Origin: Naegleria gruberi | Taxonomy: Eukaryota | Assembly: GCA_000004985.1 (NCBI GenBank) | Contig: GG738921.1 | Direction: 5' to 3' (one strand) | Length of the DNA stretch: 64,000 nt | Shown here: positions 42,720 to 52,342 of the stretch, one piece after another | Numbering within the stretch: the first letter of the stretch is position 1 | Layout: the number at the start of each line of letters is the position of its first letter | Position numbers and translations under genes: made by a program | Notes under the pieces: generated by a model | What the model saw: only the letters and a program-made list of their open reading frames with translations | Database searches by the model: none | What the model was told of the DNA's origin: nothing

Positions 42720-44267
42720 TCATCTAATGTTTTCCAATTTTAGTGTTTCTTCTTGTACATAAATGTCTTTCGTTTGCAATTTAGAAAAGGTAGGATTAGT
42801 TTTCAGTGCTTGTAAACATTCGCTTGTTACTTTCATTTTTCCTTTTCTGTTTCCTTCAAGTTTTGTTAAATTTATCAAATTGGTGCAATTTGATAAAATG
42901 GTTGCATCTATAGATGTTTCTTCAATATTTGTAAAACGTAATTCCTTTAAATTAGACAAGATTGGATTGGTGCAAATTATTTGCAATTCCTTGTTTCCAC
43001 CATCGATACTCAAATATTCCAAATTTGATAGACAAGTAGAATTCAAATAATTTGAAAGGACATTTTGTGATTCCTTGGTAGGTCTAAGACGTAGTTGTTT
43101 GAGCTCTGGACAATGATCAATAAGTGAGGGAAATGGTGCCAAGTTGGAGTCATCCAATTTTAGGTTGGTAATTGAACTTTGACTGTTGGGAGGAAATTTA
43201 GCAATTGTATTATCAAATACCATATTTCGATAAGATTGTACATTCGCATTTACCCATTTGACTGTTGTTAGATTTGGTAAGTTTGGAGAAATAAGCAAAT
43301 TTGCAAAATCCTGATTGTTAATGGAACATTCAGTAATCTTGAGATATGTAAGATTCTTACAATTTCCATTTGATAAAGAAATATCAGTAATTTGGTAGTT
43401 TCCAATGTCCAAATATTCCAAGTTGGGCTTATTTTTCAATACTTCATTCTGAAATTCGTTACCTCTGTAACCGTATGTATGAGATGTTAAATGAGTAATT
43501 TGTTTCAAATATTTGGTACCCAAGCATGACCCAATTCCATCAAAATTATATGATACATCTAACTTCTTAACGGTTGACATAAACGCACTTCCAAATAATG
43601 CATCTGCTTCCGTTTTTTTAAACTTTTGCAGTTGCCTTAAGCTCAGTTCAGTTAAGTTTGGCATTTGACATTTCGTTAAATGCTTTACGGATGATAGAAT
43701 CAAATTATTACCAGAAATATCTAATGTGTGCAATTTATCCCATCTGATACCTTTTCTTGAAAGTGATTGAAATGAGCTAACAAGAGCACCAGACAATTTC
43801 AAAGAAGTGACATTCTTAATTTGTGGACTTTTTACCAAAAACTCAACATTCTTGGAAGCATTCACTTGTATTTCAACCCTGTCCACAACATCTTTCCACA
43901 ATTTTGAAACATATCTACAATAAGCGAGATCATTAACATTCAAGAATTGGAAAATACTAAATAAATTGTCAGAATTCAAACGAGTGGACGAAACTTTTTT
44001 TCTATGAATATCCACTTGTTTTAAAAACTCGTAAATATTTCCAACAAATTCATCAATTATTTCGCTATTGTACACAAAATAACGACTATCAACAAGTTTC
44101 ACCTTATTTGCCAATGAAATTAATTGTGAATTAACAGTCGTCATTTCTTCAAATAACACCGATTCAATATTTTCATCATCAAACATTTTTCCATCATGAC
44201 CATCGTGATGATCAGCAGCCGAAGGCTGTGATGATTCGTGCTTTCTCTTCTTTGTGTTGTTGGTCAT
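42720..44267 (-). CDS. F-box / leucine-rich-repeat protein (515 aa)
   Basis: Single ORF after an A-run. The F-box is LFSIFQFLNVNDLAYCRYVSKLWKDVV. It is followed by many LRRs (LHTLDISGNNL, LTELSLRQL, LEYLDIGNYQITDISL, LTYLKITECSI ...). Confidence 0.75.
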   Translation of the reverse strand: MTNNTKKRKHESSQPSAADHHDGHDGKMFDDENIESVLFEEMTTVNSQLISLANKVKLVDSRYFVYNSEIIDEFVGNIYEFLKQVDIHRKKVSSTRLNSDNLFSIFQFLNVNDLAYCRYVSKLWKDVVDRVEIQVNASKNVEFLVKSPQIKNVTSLKLSGALVSSFQSLSRKGIRWDKLHTLDISGNNLILSSVKHLTKCQMPNLTELSLRQLQKFKKTEADALFGSAFMSTVKKLDVSYNFDGIGSCLGTKYLKQITHLTSHTYGYRGNEFQNEVLKNKPNLEYLDIGNYQITDISLSNGNCKNLTYLKITECSINNQDFANLLISPNLPNLTTVKWVNANVQSYRNMVFDNTIAKFPPNSQSSITNLKLDDSNLAPFPSLIDHCPELKQLRLRPTKESQNVLSNYLNSTCLSNLEYLSIDGGNKELQIICTNPILSNLKELRFTNIEETSIDATILSNCTNLINLTKLEGNRKGKMKVTSECLQALKTNPTFSKLQTKDIYVQEETLKLENIR

Positions 44268-44373
44268 TTTTTTTTTTAAGTTTTTAATTAATAAAATTTT
44301 AAATATATTGCTTAATATTATTTAAATTGTGTAAATTAGTGAAATATTGAATGTTCAGTTTAGTAATTTGTAT

Positions 44374-45513
44374 TTAGTTGTATTGATGTTTTGCAGGTGA
44401 TGCCATTCGAATAGGAGCATCTGGATTCAATTGATAATCTGTTTGTAAGAGTGGATACAGTGTAATTGTCTTTCTGGTACACATTGAAATAATTGGGAAA
44501 TACATGACAGATTGTGAGACTAAATCCTGAGTTCCAGTAATTGCTGATGCAATGTGAATTCCATTCTTGAAAAAGTTGACCTGTTTGGCATCGTAATCTA
44601 TAATGACAGCAAATCGATCACCAACAGAGATCTTTCCAACAAATTCAGAACCTACAGTTCCATCAATAAAGTCGCCAAACATTTTGAATGATTTGTTTTC
44701 GAGAATGTAACCAACTCCAGAGTTTCTTTCAACGAATTGAGCTATGGATTTGTCATTATTGAAATCTTCATAATCAGTTCCAATACCAAATGCTATTGTT
44801 AATTGATGGAGGTCAATGTGTCAATATTTCAAATATAGTAAATTTCCAATATACTTACCAACATTCCATGCATTGCCACACAAGAAATATTCTTCAATAA
44901 CCATCTCATATCCTTTAAATCCAAAGTAAAATTGAGGAGATAGTTCTGATAAATCCTTAATCATTGGATATTTGGATGCTTTAAATGCATACCAAGTTGT
45001 AACGTTAATATTTCCAACAGTTCTCTCTCTATTAATGACCTTTTGTTCCTCAACATCAGATGCCTTGTCAAAACACAACTTTTTCATTTGCATCAACACT
45101 GAACTATACTTGATTGCATTTCCCTCTCTCAAAAAGAGCATTTCCCTCAAATATCGATCCAATTCCTTCTCATTCATTGAATTGACCAACGAAACATCCA
45201 AACCACTACTAATAATCTTTGAATTCACTTCATCAATAAATCCATTCATCATACCCAACAATCTATGTTTCCAAATAGTATTTCTATACGCAGCAACATC
45301 ATCCTCTTCATCATCACGATAATTGGAAGAATTCAAACAACCTCCCAAAACCAAATGATAATAAAATCGATTCAAACAAGCAACATTCATCAATGTATTC
45401 TCACAACAATACCACAGAACATTTACTTGATTATCGAGTGGGAGTTCCTGGAATGGAATTTTGTATAACCATTCACCATCAGCAATTTCCAATGTTGTTG
45501 TTGTTGTTGACAT
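44374..45513 (-). CDS. F-box-like / SPRY domain protein (357 aa, 2 exons)
   Basis: Exons are 45513-44859 / 44792-44374, with a 66-nt GTAAGT...TAG intron in phase 1. The N-terminus ELPLDNQVNVLWYCCENTLMNVACLNRFYYHLV is F-box-like. The C-terminal SPRY-like core is YFGFKGYE ... CGNAWNVGAFGIGTDYE ... GDRFAVIIDYDAKQVNFFKNG. Confidence 0.7.
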
Positions 45514-46366
45514 TTTTGTATTTACAATTATTAAATAGTATTATTATGAGTATTAAATATTAAATTATATATTAAATTATATTTAAATAAATTATAGGAT
45601 GATGATGATCGGAATTAATGTATTACAGTATTAACTATTATTATTAATATTCAATATAATATAATACAAAATATGTACAAGAGCCTTTTTTAGCTATATT
45701 GTTGTTGTTGTCTTTTTTCAATAATTATGATATGAAAAATTAAAGATCATGTGATGATGGATAATAAATTGTGTTTCGTTATCTCTTTCGGATGACGATG
45801 ATTCAAAGTCTTGAAATTAATGATGATGAATTAATGAAATTGTAAAGTTATTGAAAAAAACGTTTTTTTCAATTTTTTTTTTGATTTTGGGATAAAAATA
45901 GAATTTTTGAATCGTTTTTAAATTTGAAGTGAGTTTCAAATAGTTGAAGGTGAAGTTGAGAAGATAGGAATCGAATAGTGGAATTAGAGAATTGTTGTTG
46001 ATCATCAGCACAAATGGAAGAGATTAAATAGTATATATGGAAAATTGGATAATTAAGAAACATTGGATTACTGACAACCATTGAAAAGATGAGGAAACAT
46101 TAGTTTACAATGGATTTTTTATTCGAATCCAAAGCTCAATAATCGAGAAATGATTATCCAGTGACTTTTATGAAACTTGATGAAAAAGGACTTTCGTTCG
46201 CTCGAGTTTCAGTAATTTTTATACATTCCATTAAATATTCGCTAAATTACATTCATTTAATATTCAATTTATTGTAAAGTGTTTGTATAATTCAATGAAC
46301 CTTGAAATCAAGTCAAGGAACTTGGAACCTGCATGAAAGAATGAAAAAAAACAAACTTTAAAAAAA

Positions 46367-47677
46367 ATGCTTTCTTCCAATCATCAACAAGTTCTCTTCC
46401 TCTCCAACCAATCCTCCTCGATGGAAATTGACGGAGTTTTTGAAAAATGTAATCTTGTCTCTCTCCATCAATTAACAAATTTGGAAATTAAGAAAATTTG
46501 TCCCTCCTCGAGAAATTCATTTATTTGGACAAGTGAGGAAGATCGAATTTTCAAAGTGGGTCGCTCGAATGTTCCAATAGAATCTGAAATTCAATACTGG
46601 AAGAATCCACTCAATTGTTTCGAATGGAAATGGAAAGAAAGAGTGAATAGATATTTGAGAATGAATAAGGAAATGGCATCTATTGTGGATGGTAGAGTTT
46701 TAAATTTGAAGAATATTTATGCATCGTGGTATGCTGTCTTTTTAGAGTTGGATGATGGAGTTTTCTTTGCTGTCAATGATCAAGATGAAAGAATGTGGAA
46801 ATTGGAAAAGGAAATTAAAATGTTTGTAACCTCGCCATGTAGTAATCATGCTTTGGTGGTATTGGAAGATGATGAGCTCATTAATATTGACAGTTTATTC
46901 TTTCAGATGCCTTCTTCTGAAACAGATCAAATTGATGGAACAATTGTAAAGGCAGCAACATCTGCCAAGTCAGATATCATTTTCACAGATAAGAATAAGA
47001 TGTTTTGTAGAGGGGATAATCGATTCAATGTTCAAAATGGTACTAGATCTAATGGATTTTATTCCTATGTGAGAACTCCTTTCGAAAATGAAAGTCTAGT
47101 TCAACAAGTCAAATGTGGACTTTTTCACACAGCTGTCATGTTGGAAAATAAGAGTATTTATGTGTGTGGACAAAACAAATTCAATCAATGTGGAGTTTCC
47201 TCAAAGGAAGATCAATCCTTTACAAAAATTCAATTCTCTTCAGATATAATTCCAGAGAGTTTGTATTGTGGAAGTGATTCGACTGGTTTCACCACCAAAT
47301 TCTCAACCTCCCTGTATGTGTTTGGTGGCATGTTGAAGAATTTAGATTTGAATGCAGTGGAACATGTCCAACAGATGCAAATTACTCAAAAGAAGGGAAA
47401 TAATCAACAACAACCAACAGAATCAGTTTCGTTTGAACAAGTTTCAAGATTTGAACCTTTCGAATTGATTTCAGGAGTGAAGGGTATTAAACTATCACTC
47501 AAATCCATTCCAAATGCTGATTTCAATTCGGTAGTGTTTGGAGATTCGTACATGTTGGTCTTTAAGAGAAATGAGCTAATTGGAAAAACATTGAATTATA
47601 TTCATTTGAATATGAAACGTCTTGGCTTGCAAATTGATAAGCACTATTCAGATCTTGTCTTTCACACTGAATGTTAA
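46367..47677 (+). CDS. RCC1-like repeat (beta-propeller) protein
   Basis: Single 436-aa ORF after an A-run. Blades: MFCRGDNRFNVQNG, KCGLFHTAVMLENKSIYVCGQNKFNQCG, SLYVFGG. Confidence 0.6.
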   Translation: MLSSNHQQVLFLSNQSSSMEIDGVFEKCNLVSLHQLTNLEIKKICPSSRNSFIWTSEEDRIFKVGRSNVPIESEIQYWKNPLNCFEWKWKERVNRYLRMNKEMASIVDGRVLNLKNIYASWYAVFLELDDGVFFAVNDQDERMWKLEKEIKMFVTSPCSNHALVVLEDDELINIDSLFFQMPSSETDQIDGTIVKAATSAKSDIIFTDKNKMFCRGDNRFNVQNGTRSNGFYSYVRTPFENESLVQQVKCGLFHTAVMLENKSIYVCGQNKFNQCGVSSKEDQSFTKIQFSSDIIPESLYCGSDSTGFTTKFSTSLYVFGGMLKNLDLNAVEHVQQMQITQKKGNNQQQPTESVSFEQVSRFEPFELISGVKGIKLSLKSIPNADFNSVVFGDSYMLVFKRNELIGKTLNYIHLNMKRLGLQIDKHYSDLVFHTEC

Positions 47678-47788
47678 TATATACTGTACAAAATTTATAT
47701 ATTTTATGTAAATAATTGATCAAATATAAAATCTTCTATAAATGGAAGAAATAAATAATTATTGAAATATTGCAATTGTGTAGTGTCA

Positions 47789-48543
47789 TTAATACAATTT
47801 ACATTCTGATAGAGTGGCATTGTATGATCCACATCTTGGAATTAAATTTTCATCCCATCCCATGCAACTGTTTGGAATATACAAACAAGATTGTGCAGGA
47901 ATACATCTCTCTGGCGAAAGTGTGTACAAATTACTTGCCTTTCCAACAATTGTTCTTCCATTAACAACTGTAGTTCCATAAAAACATTGTTGTCCAGGAT
48001 AACCAGTTCCAAAAACATAAAACAAAGCAACAGCACAACCAAAAACAAAGAGAATTGGAGTTAAAATCATCAAAATACGTAATTTAGGTTCCAGATAGGA
48101 TGTTCTTTGCCAATAAATCAAAATTCCAAGAGGAACCAATTGAATTATCAAGTAAACCATCATGGCCAAATTACCCCATAATTTCAAATCCGATTCTCTG
48201 TATGTAAATACACCCAACAAGATGAATGTTACCAAACCAATTAATATAACAATTGCTGATGAAGTATATGTAGCTATTTTAATCTATCCATATATATATA
48301 CATATAATAATTATGATCACATCATCATTATCATCCACATATAATAATAACAATAATAACAATAATATCAAACAAATATATCAAACATTAATAGCAATCA
48401 TCCGATCAATATTTAAATTATCATCATCATCAATAATAATATTAATAATACAACAATAATAAATGTAAATATGATCCAATCTATATAACAAAATAATAAC
48501 ATACAGCCTTGCTATTCTCATCACCATAAAGTGGATTCTCCAT
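47789..48543 (-). CDS. Small multi-pass membrane protein with a Cys-rich C-terminal domain (177 aa, 2 exons)
   Basis: ATG at 48543 follows an A-run. Exon 1 is 48543-48505 (MENPLYGDENSKA). A 221-nt very AT-rich GTATGT...TAG intron follows, and exon 2 (48283-47789) is in phase 0. There are three hydrophobic helices and then a C-rich tail (CFYG ... CIPAQSCLYIPNSC ... C ... C). Confidence 0.55.
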
Positions 48544-48773
48544 TTTTTTATATTTGTTTTTGGTTTCTTCGAATCTTTACAACTCCTCTCGGAGTTTGCA
48601 AAAAAGGCACCGGGTCTTTGAATTGGAATTAATTTGGACTCTAGAATTGAGTGTTATTTGAATATAAAACAATGATTCATGTTCATTTGTGTTGTATTAG
48701 TTGAAGCTTGTATTAAAGATGGTTTAAGGTATTTAAAGTTTACAAAAATATTTTTTGAGTTTACAAAAAAAAA

Positions 48774-49817
48774 ATGTATCAAGATGCATGGGTGGAGGTG
48801 ATGCAATTTTTAGAGCCGATTGATGTGTTGGCGTCTCTACTCACTCTCAATAGAAATTTGTATGAATGGATTAGAAAATCTTCGTGTTTAACCTTTGATG
48901 ATATTTGTAATTATTGTGCTGGAGATGAAAATTCATCCCGAGGCTTGAAAATTTCATTTCATCATCAAATTGATGATCATGATAATTCAATGATTGATAA
49001 TGTAATTGATGATTATTATGTAAAATTGGTTGGAAATACTAAATATATTATTCGGTTGTACTTGGCAAAATTGGCCAAACGATTGGGAAATCAAAATCCT
49101 GTGGAGAGATCTGAGAAAGAAATTTCAAAAATTCTGAATTCATACGAATTGAAATTATTGAATTTTTATAGATCTGTGTTTTTTCCTCAATTTAAATATC
49201 AGGAGAGTGGAACGATTAATTATTTTGTTTTGGGAGATACAGGAATAGGAAAGACAACTTTCAGATATTTTATATGTTATGGAAAGAAAAAAGATAGTTA
49301 TTATGGAGCTACTGGAATTGATTTTCTTATCAAACGGTTTCAAATTGCTGATGAGATGAAATGTGAACATAAGATTTTTGACACTGCTGGTCAAGAAAGG
49401 TTCTTTGCTCCAAACATGATGGTGAAAAGACATGCAAGAAACGATAGGATGGGATTTCTTCTTTGTTTTTCAATGGTTCATCTAGTGTCGTTTGAGAAAT
49501 TGGATGAATGGTTTTCTGCTGTTAAGGAACATGCCCATCCAGAAATTTCAAATTATGGATTAATTGTTGGATTACATCCCCAGAATATTCGTTGGGTCGA
49601 AACTCCTAGCGAACCTCAGATCTGTGTTAAAGATACTGTAAAGAAATCGTATGCTCTTGGTAAATCAGTGTTTTTTGAAGCGAATTGCAATGAGTCCAAA
49701 CAAGTATTTGCTCCTTTTTGGTTTATTCAATTACAATGCACTTATTTCAATAATTGTAAAGAGAAAGACAAGGATCTAACACAAGTTAATAATTCTTGGA
49801 ACTGCTCAATATATTAA
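48774..49817 (+). CDS. F-box-like N-terminus fused to a Rab/Ras-like GTPase domain with a degenerate G4
   Basis: Single 347-aa ORF after an A-run. The N-terminus WVEVMQFLEPIDVLASLLTLNRNLYEWI is F-box-like. The GTPase has G1 LGDTGIGKTT, G2 ATGIDF and G3 FDTAGQERF. The NKxD position reads GLHPQN and the G5 position reads EANC. Confidence 0.65.
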   Translation: MYQDAWVEVMQFLEPIDVLASLLTLNRNLYEWIRKSSCLTFDDICNYCAGDENSSRGLKISFHHQIDDHDNSMIDNVIDDYYVKLVGNTKYIIRLYLAKLAKRLGNQNPVERSEKEISKILNSYELKLLNFYRSVFFPQFKYQESGTINYFVLGDTGIGKTTFRYFICYGKKKDSYYGATGIDFLIKRFQIADEMKCEHKIFDTAGQERFFAPNMMVKRHARNDRMGFLLCFSMVHLVSFEKLDEWFSAVKEHAHPEISNYGLIVGLHPQNIRWVETPSEPQICVKDTVKKSYALGKSVFFEANCNESKQVFAPFWFIQLQCTYFNNCKEKDKDLTQVNNSWNCSIY

Positions 49818-49888
49818 AATAACATGAAATTCGCAAAATTTACAATCCTCATGTAATGTACATTTGAAATAAATTAAGGTTTTAAGAT

Positions 49889-51670
49889 TTATTGGAATGG
49901 TTCCAATTCAATTTCGAAAACTGAAACTGGTGTCTTCAAACCAAAGTTAGAAGCAACTTCTGGATGAATAATACCGAAAATACCAATCTTCTTGCCCTTG
50001 TAGAAGATATCAGCTTGTCTACCTGGCAAGAAGCTAATATCGTTAGATGGGAAAATTGAGAAACAGTGCTTATCAACAGATTGGCTATGTTCAACTTCGA
50101 ATGGAACAGCTAAAACTTCCATAACTCTGTCAACCAAACCGTGAATCAGTTCCAAACCCGATGTAGCAGATGAGAAGAGAGCAGCAAGTCTTCTATTATT
50201 CTTAGCACCAACATCCTTAGAATCATCAACTAAAATAACATCACCACATTCGAACAATTTGATTGGCAATGGCAATGACTTGTTGCTTTGCAAGGTCTTT
50301 AACAAACCTGGAATCAAACTAATTCTAGCAGTCTTGAATTCGAATGGACATGGTTCAGCAACAGCAATAGCAGTCTTACCATCGTTGACTCTGTTCATGT
50401 ATTTAAAGTTTTCTTCATCGTTACAGAGAATCAAGGACAAAACTTCAGTATATCCTGACATGGCGAGTTCAAGACGCACCATTTCTGACAATTGGTTCAA
50501 TTCATTTTCCTTACCAACAGTTGAAGACTTTGGGAAAGTAATTGGGATATTGTTGTAACCATGAGCAATGGCAACATCTTCCATAATATCACAAGCATGT
50601 AAAACGTCTGAACGAGTTGGTGGAGCAAGAACTCTCAATTCATTATTTTGAGTGACAGTAGCATTCAATTGCATCTTTGTCAAAATTTCTGCAATTTGTT
50701 GAGCAGATAAATTCAAACCAATTCTACTATTAATATAGTCGCTATTTGTAGTGAATTCAACATTATCAAGAATTGGAGTAGGTTCATCCTTTGATTGAGT
50801 CTTATCTTCATATACAATTTCAACTTGTTCAACTGTGAATGGAACAGAGCAATGTTCAGAGAACATGGTAACAACAGTATTCAAGACAACCTTAGCCTTT
50901 GTCAAATCAGTTGCAGTACATTCAATGAAAACATTCTTTGTAGACATTTTGATCTTTGAGTGATCTCCGTTAATAATTGGTGGCAAAGACAAAACTCTTC
51001 TCTTAGCATCTAAAATAACTGGATAAACTGGACTATCCTTGATAATCTTAGTGTAAGGGGACAAGTGCTTCATTTCACTTCCCTTTTTTTCAATAAAAGC
51101 GAAAAGTTCGTCAGCATCCATTAATTCAGTTCTATCCAAAGGAATGAATTTGATTTCTTTTGGTGGAAGAGCTTCATATGTGAAAGGACCTTCAATAACA
51201 TCCAAATCGTGAGTACCAATAGCAACGAGGGTTCTCTTTCTACAAATATTTTGATGAAGCTTTTCTTGTAAATCAATGAAACTATTGTAGGCATCTTCGG
51301 TGAAGGTGATATTTCTCAAGACAGCACCAACAACAAATTTACGGATTGATCCAGTTTCCTTTTTCACGTTAATCTTTAACAATTGTTTGGTTTTGGAATT
51401 ATCAATTTTATAGGTTGGAGCATCTTGACGACCGAGGAAAATGTTCAAAGCTCTGCTCAAGCCTTCTTCACAGAGTAAATCGTATCTGTTGGCTGGGATT
51501 TCAATCTTGTAGATGACTTCATCGGAGAGTTTGCTTGTATCCTTTGCAGAACCCAATTCCTTTTCCTTCATCAATCTTTCAGAGGTAACATCATCCAATT
51601 CAATACCAAAATCAAAACAAAGTTGCTCAAAATCGGCATCGGCTATAGGAGATATTTTTTTAATTTTCAT
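49889..51670 (-). CDS. FARSB: Phenylalanyl-tRNA synthetase beta subunit (cytoplasmic type)
   Basis: 593-aa ORF. DFEQLCFDFGIELDDVTSE ... YKIEIPANRYDLLCEEGLSRAL and colinear B3/4 and B5 regions are typical of eukaryotic PheRS beta. The N-terminus is about 10 aa shorter than usual, so a missed upstream start or exon is possible. Confidence 0.9.
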   Translation of the reverse strand: MKIKKISPIADADFEQLCFDFGIELDDVTSERLMKEKELGSAKDTSKLSDEVIYKIEIPANRYDLLCEEGLSRALNIFLGRQDAPTYKIDNSKTKQLLKINVKKETGSIRKFVVGAVLRNITFTEDAYNSFIDLQEKLHQNICRKRTLVAIGTHDLDVIEGPFTYEALPPKEIKFIPLDRTELMDADELFAFIEKKGSEMKHLSPYTKIIKDSPVYPVILDAKRRVLSLPPIINGDHSKIKMSTKNVFIECTATDLTKAKVVLNTVVTMFSEHCSVPFTVEQVEIVYEDKTQSKDEPTPILDNVEFTTNSDYINSRIGLNLSAQQIAEILTKMQLNATVTQNNELRVLAPPTRSDVLHACDIMEDVAIAHGYNNIPITFPKSSTVGKENELNQLSEMVRLELAMSGYTEVLSLILCNDEENFKYMNRVNDGKTAIAVAEPCPFEFKTARISLIPGLLKTLQSNKSLPLPIKLFECGDVILVDDSKDVGAKNNRRLAALFSSATSGLELIHGLVDRVMEVLAVPFEVEHSQSVDKHCFSIFPSNDISFLPGRQADIFYKGKKIGIFGIIHPEVASNFGLKTPVSVFEIELEPFQ

Positions 51671-52342
51671 TTTAATAAAAAATTCATTTTTAAAAGGACA
51701 CTATCCTGTTGGCTTTAAGCAGGCTTGGTCATCAGAGAAGATAATAATAATTATGTATTATATTTCCAGCTAAATTGTTATCCAGCCAAGACTGTTTATC
51801 TTTGAACCTATCTATTTTCAAATGAATTCTCAATTTCAAAACACTGACTGCTCTTACGGAATTTACTTGTAAATATATTCATCATCAAACAACTACACCA
51901 AAACAACAACTCTCAAATGTTTTTAAATCATAAGGATAATTATCAAAATCCTCATCAAAACAACAGGCCTCAAGAATGATCATTCCGTTAAATGGTCTAC
52001 TCCACCTCCCGTACATCAGGAGTCGCTTAAATTTACCATGTTACCTCTCGCCAAATGATCCGAGCTTCTTCACAGGCTATCCAAAGAGCCAATAGTGGTG
52101 TTTGGATGGAACTTTTACTCTATTCATCACTCAGTGTCGAGTGACCTTCTTTCGCGATAATGTTTAATATCCAAACAAAAACAAAACCAACAACATTAAC
52201 AGCAACACTGCTTCTCTGTTCTCCTAATAATCGATACTGAACCTCGGAACAAGTTATTAGAAGTTTAACCTTAAGCCTCATTGGATCTCTTATTAGGGTT
52301 GACAATCTTTAACTGTCTGGATATTAACAAATTTAAAAAAAA

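Noticed and set aside
51671-51900. Possible missed upstream exon restoring the canonical MPT... N-terminus of PheRS beta
   Set aside because: A candidate GTAAGA donor (about 51853) and a TATAG acceptor (about 51640) give MMNIFTSKFP..., which is no closer to the conserved N-terminus than the contiguous MKIKKISPIADADF start. I kept the simple model.
51960-52342. GC-richer spacer with a 61-aa minus ORF (52120-52305) and a CTTTTACT string reminiscent of U5 snRNA loop 1
   Set aside because: I could not match any snRNA, snoRNA or SRP consensus beyond 8 nt. The ORF has no start context or motif. It is left unannotated; Rfam scanning would be needed.
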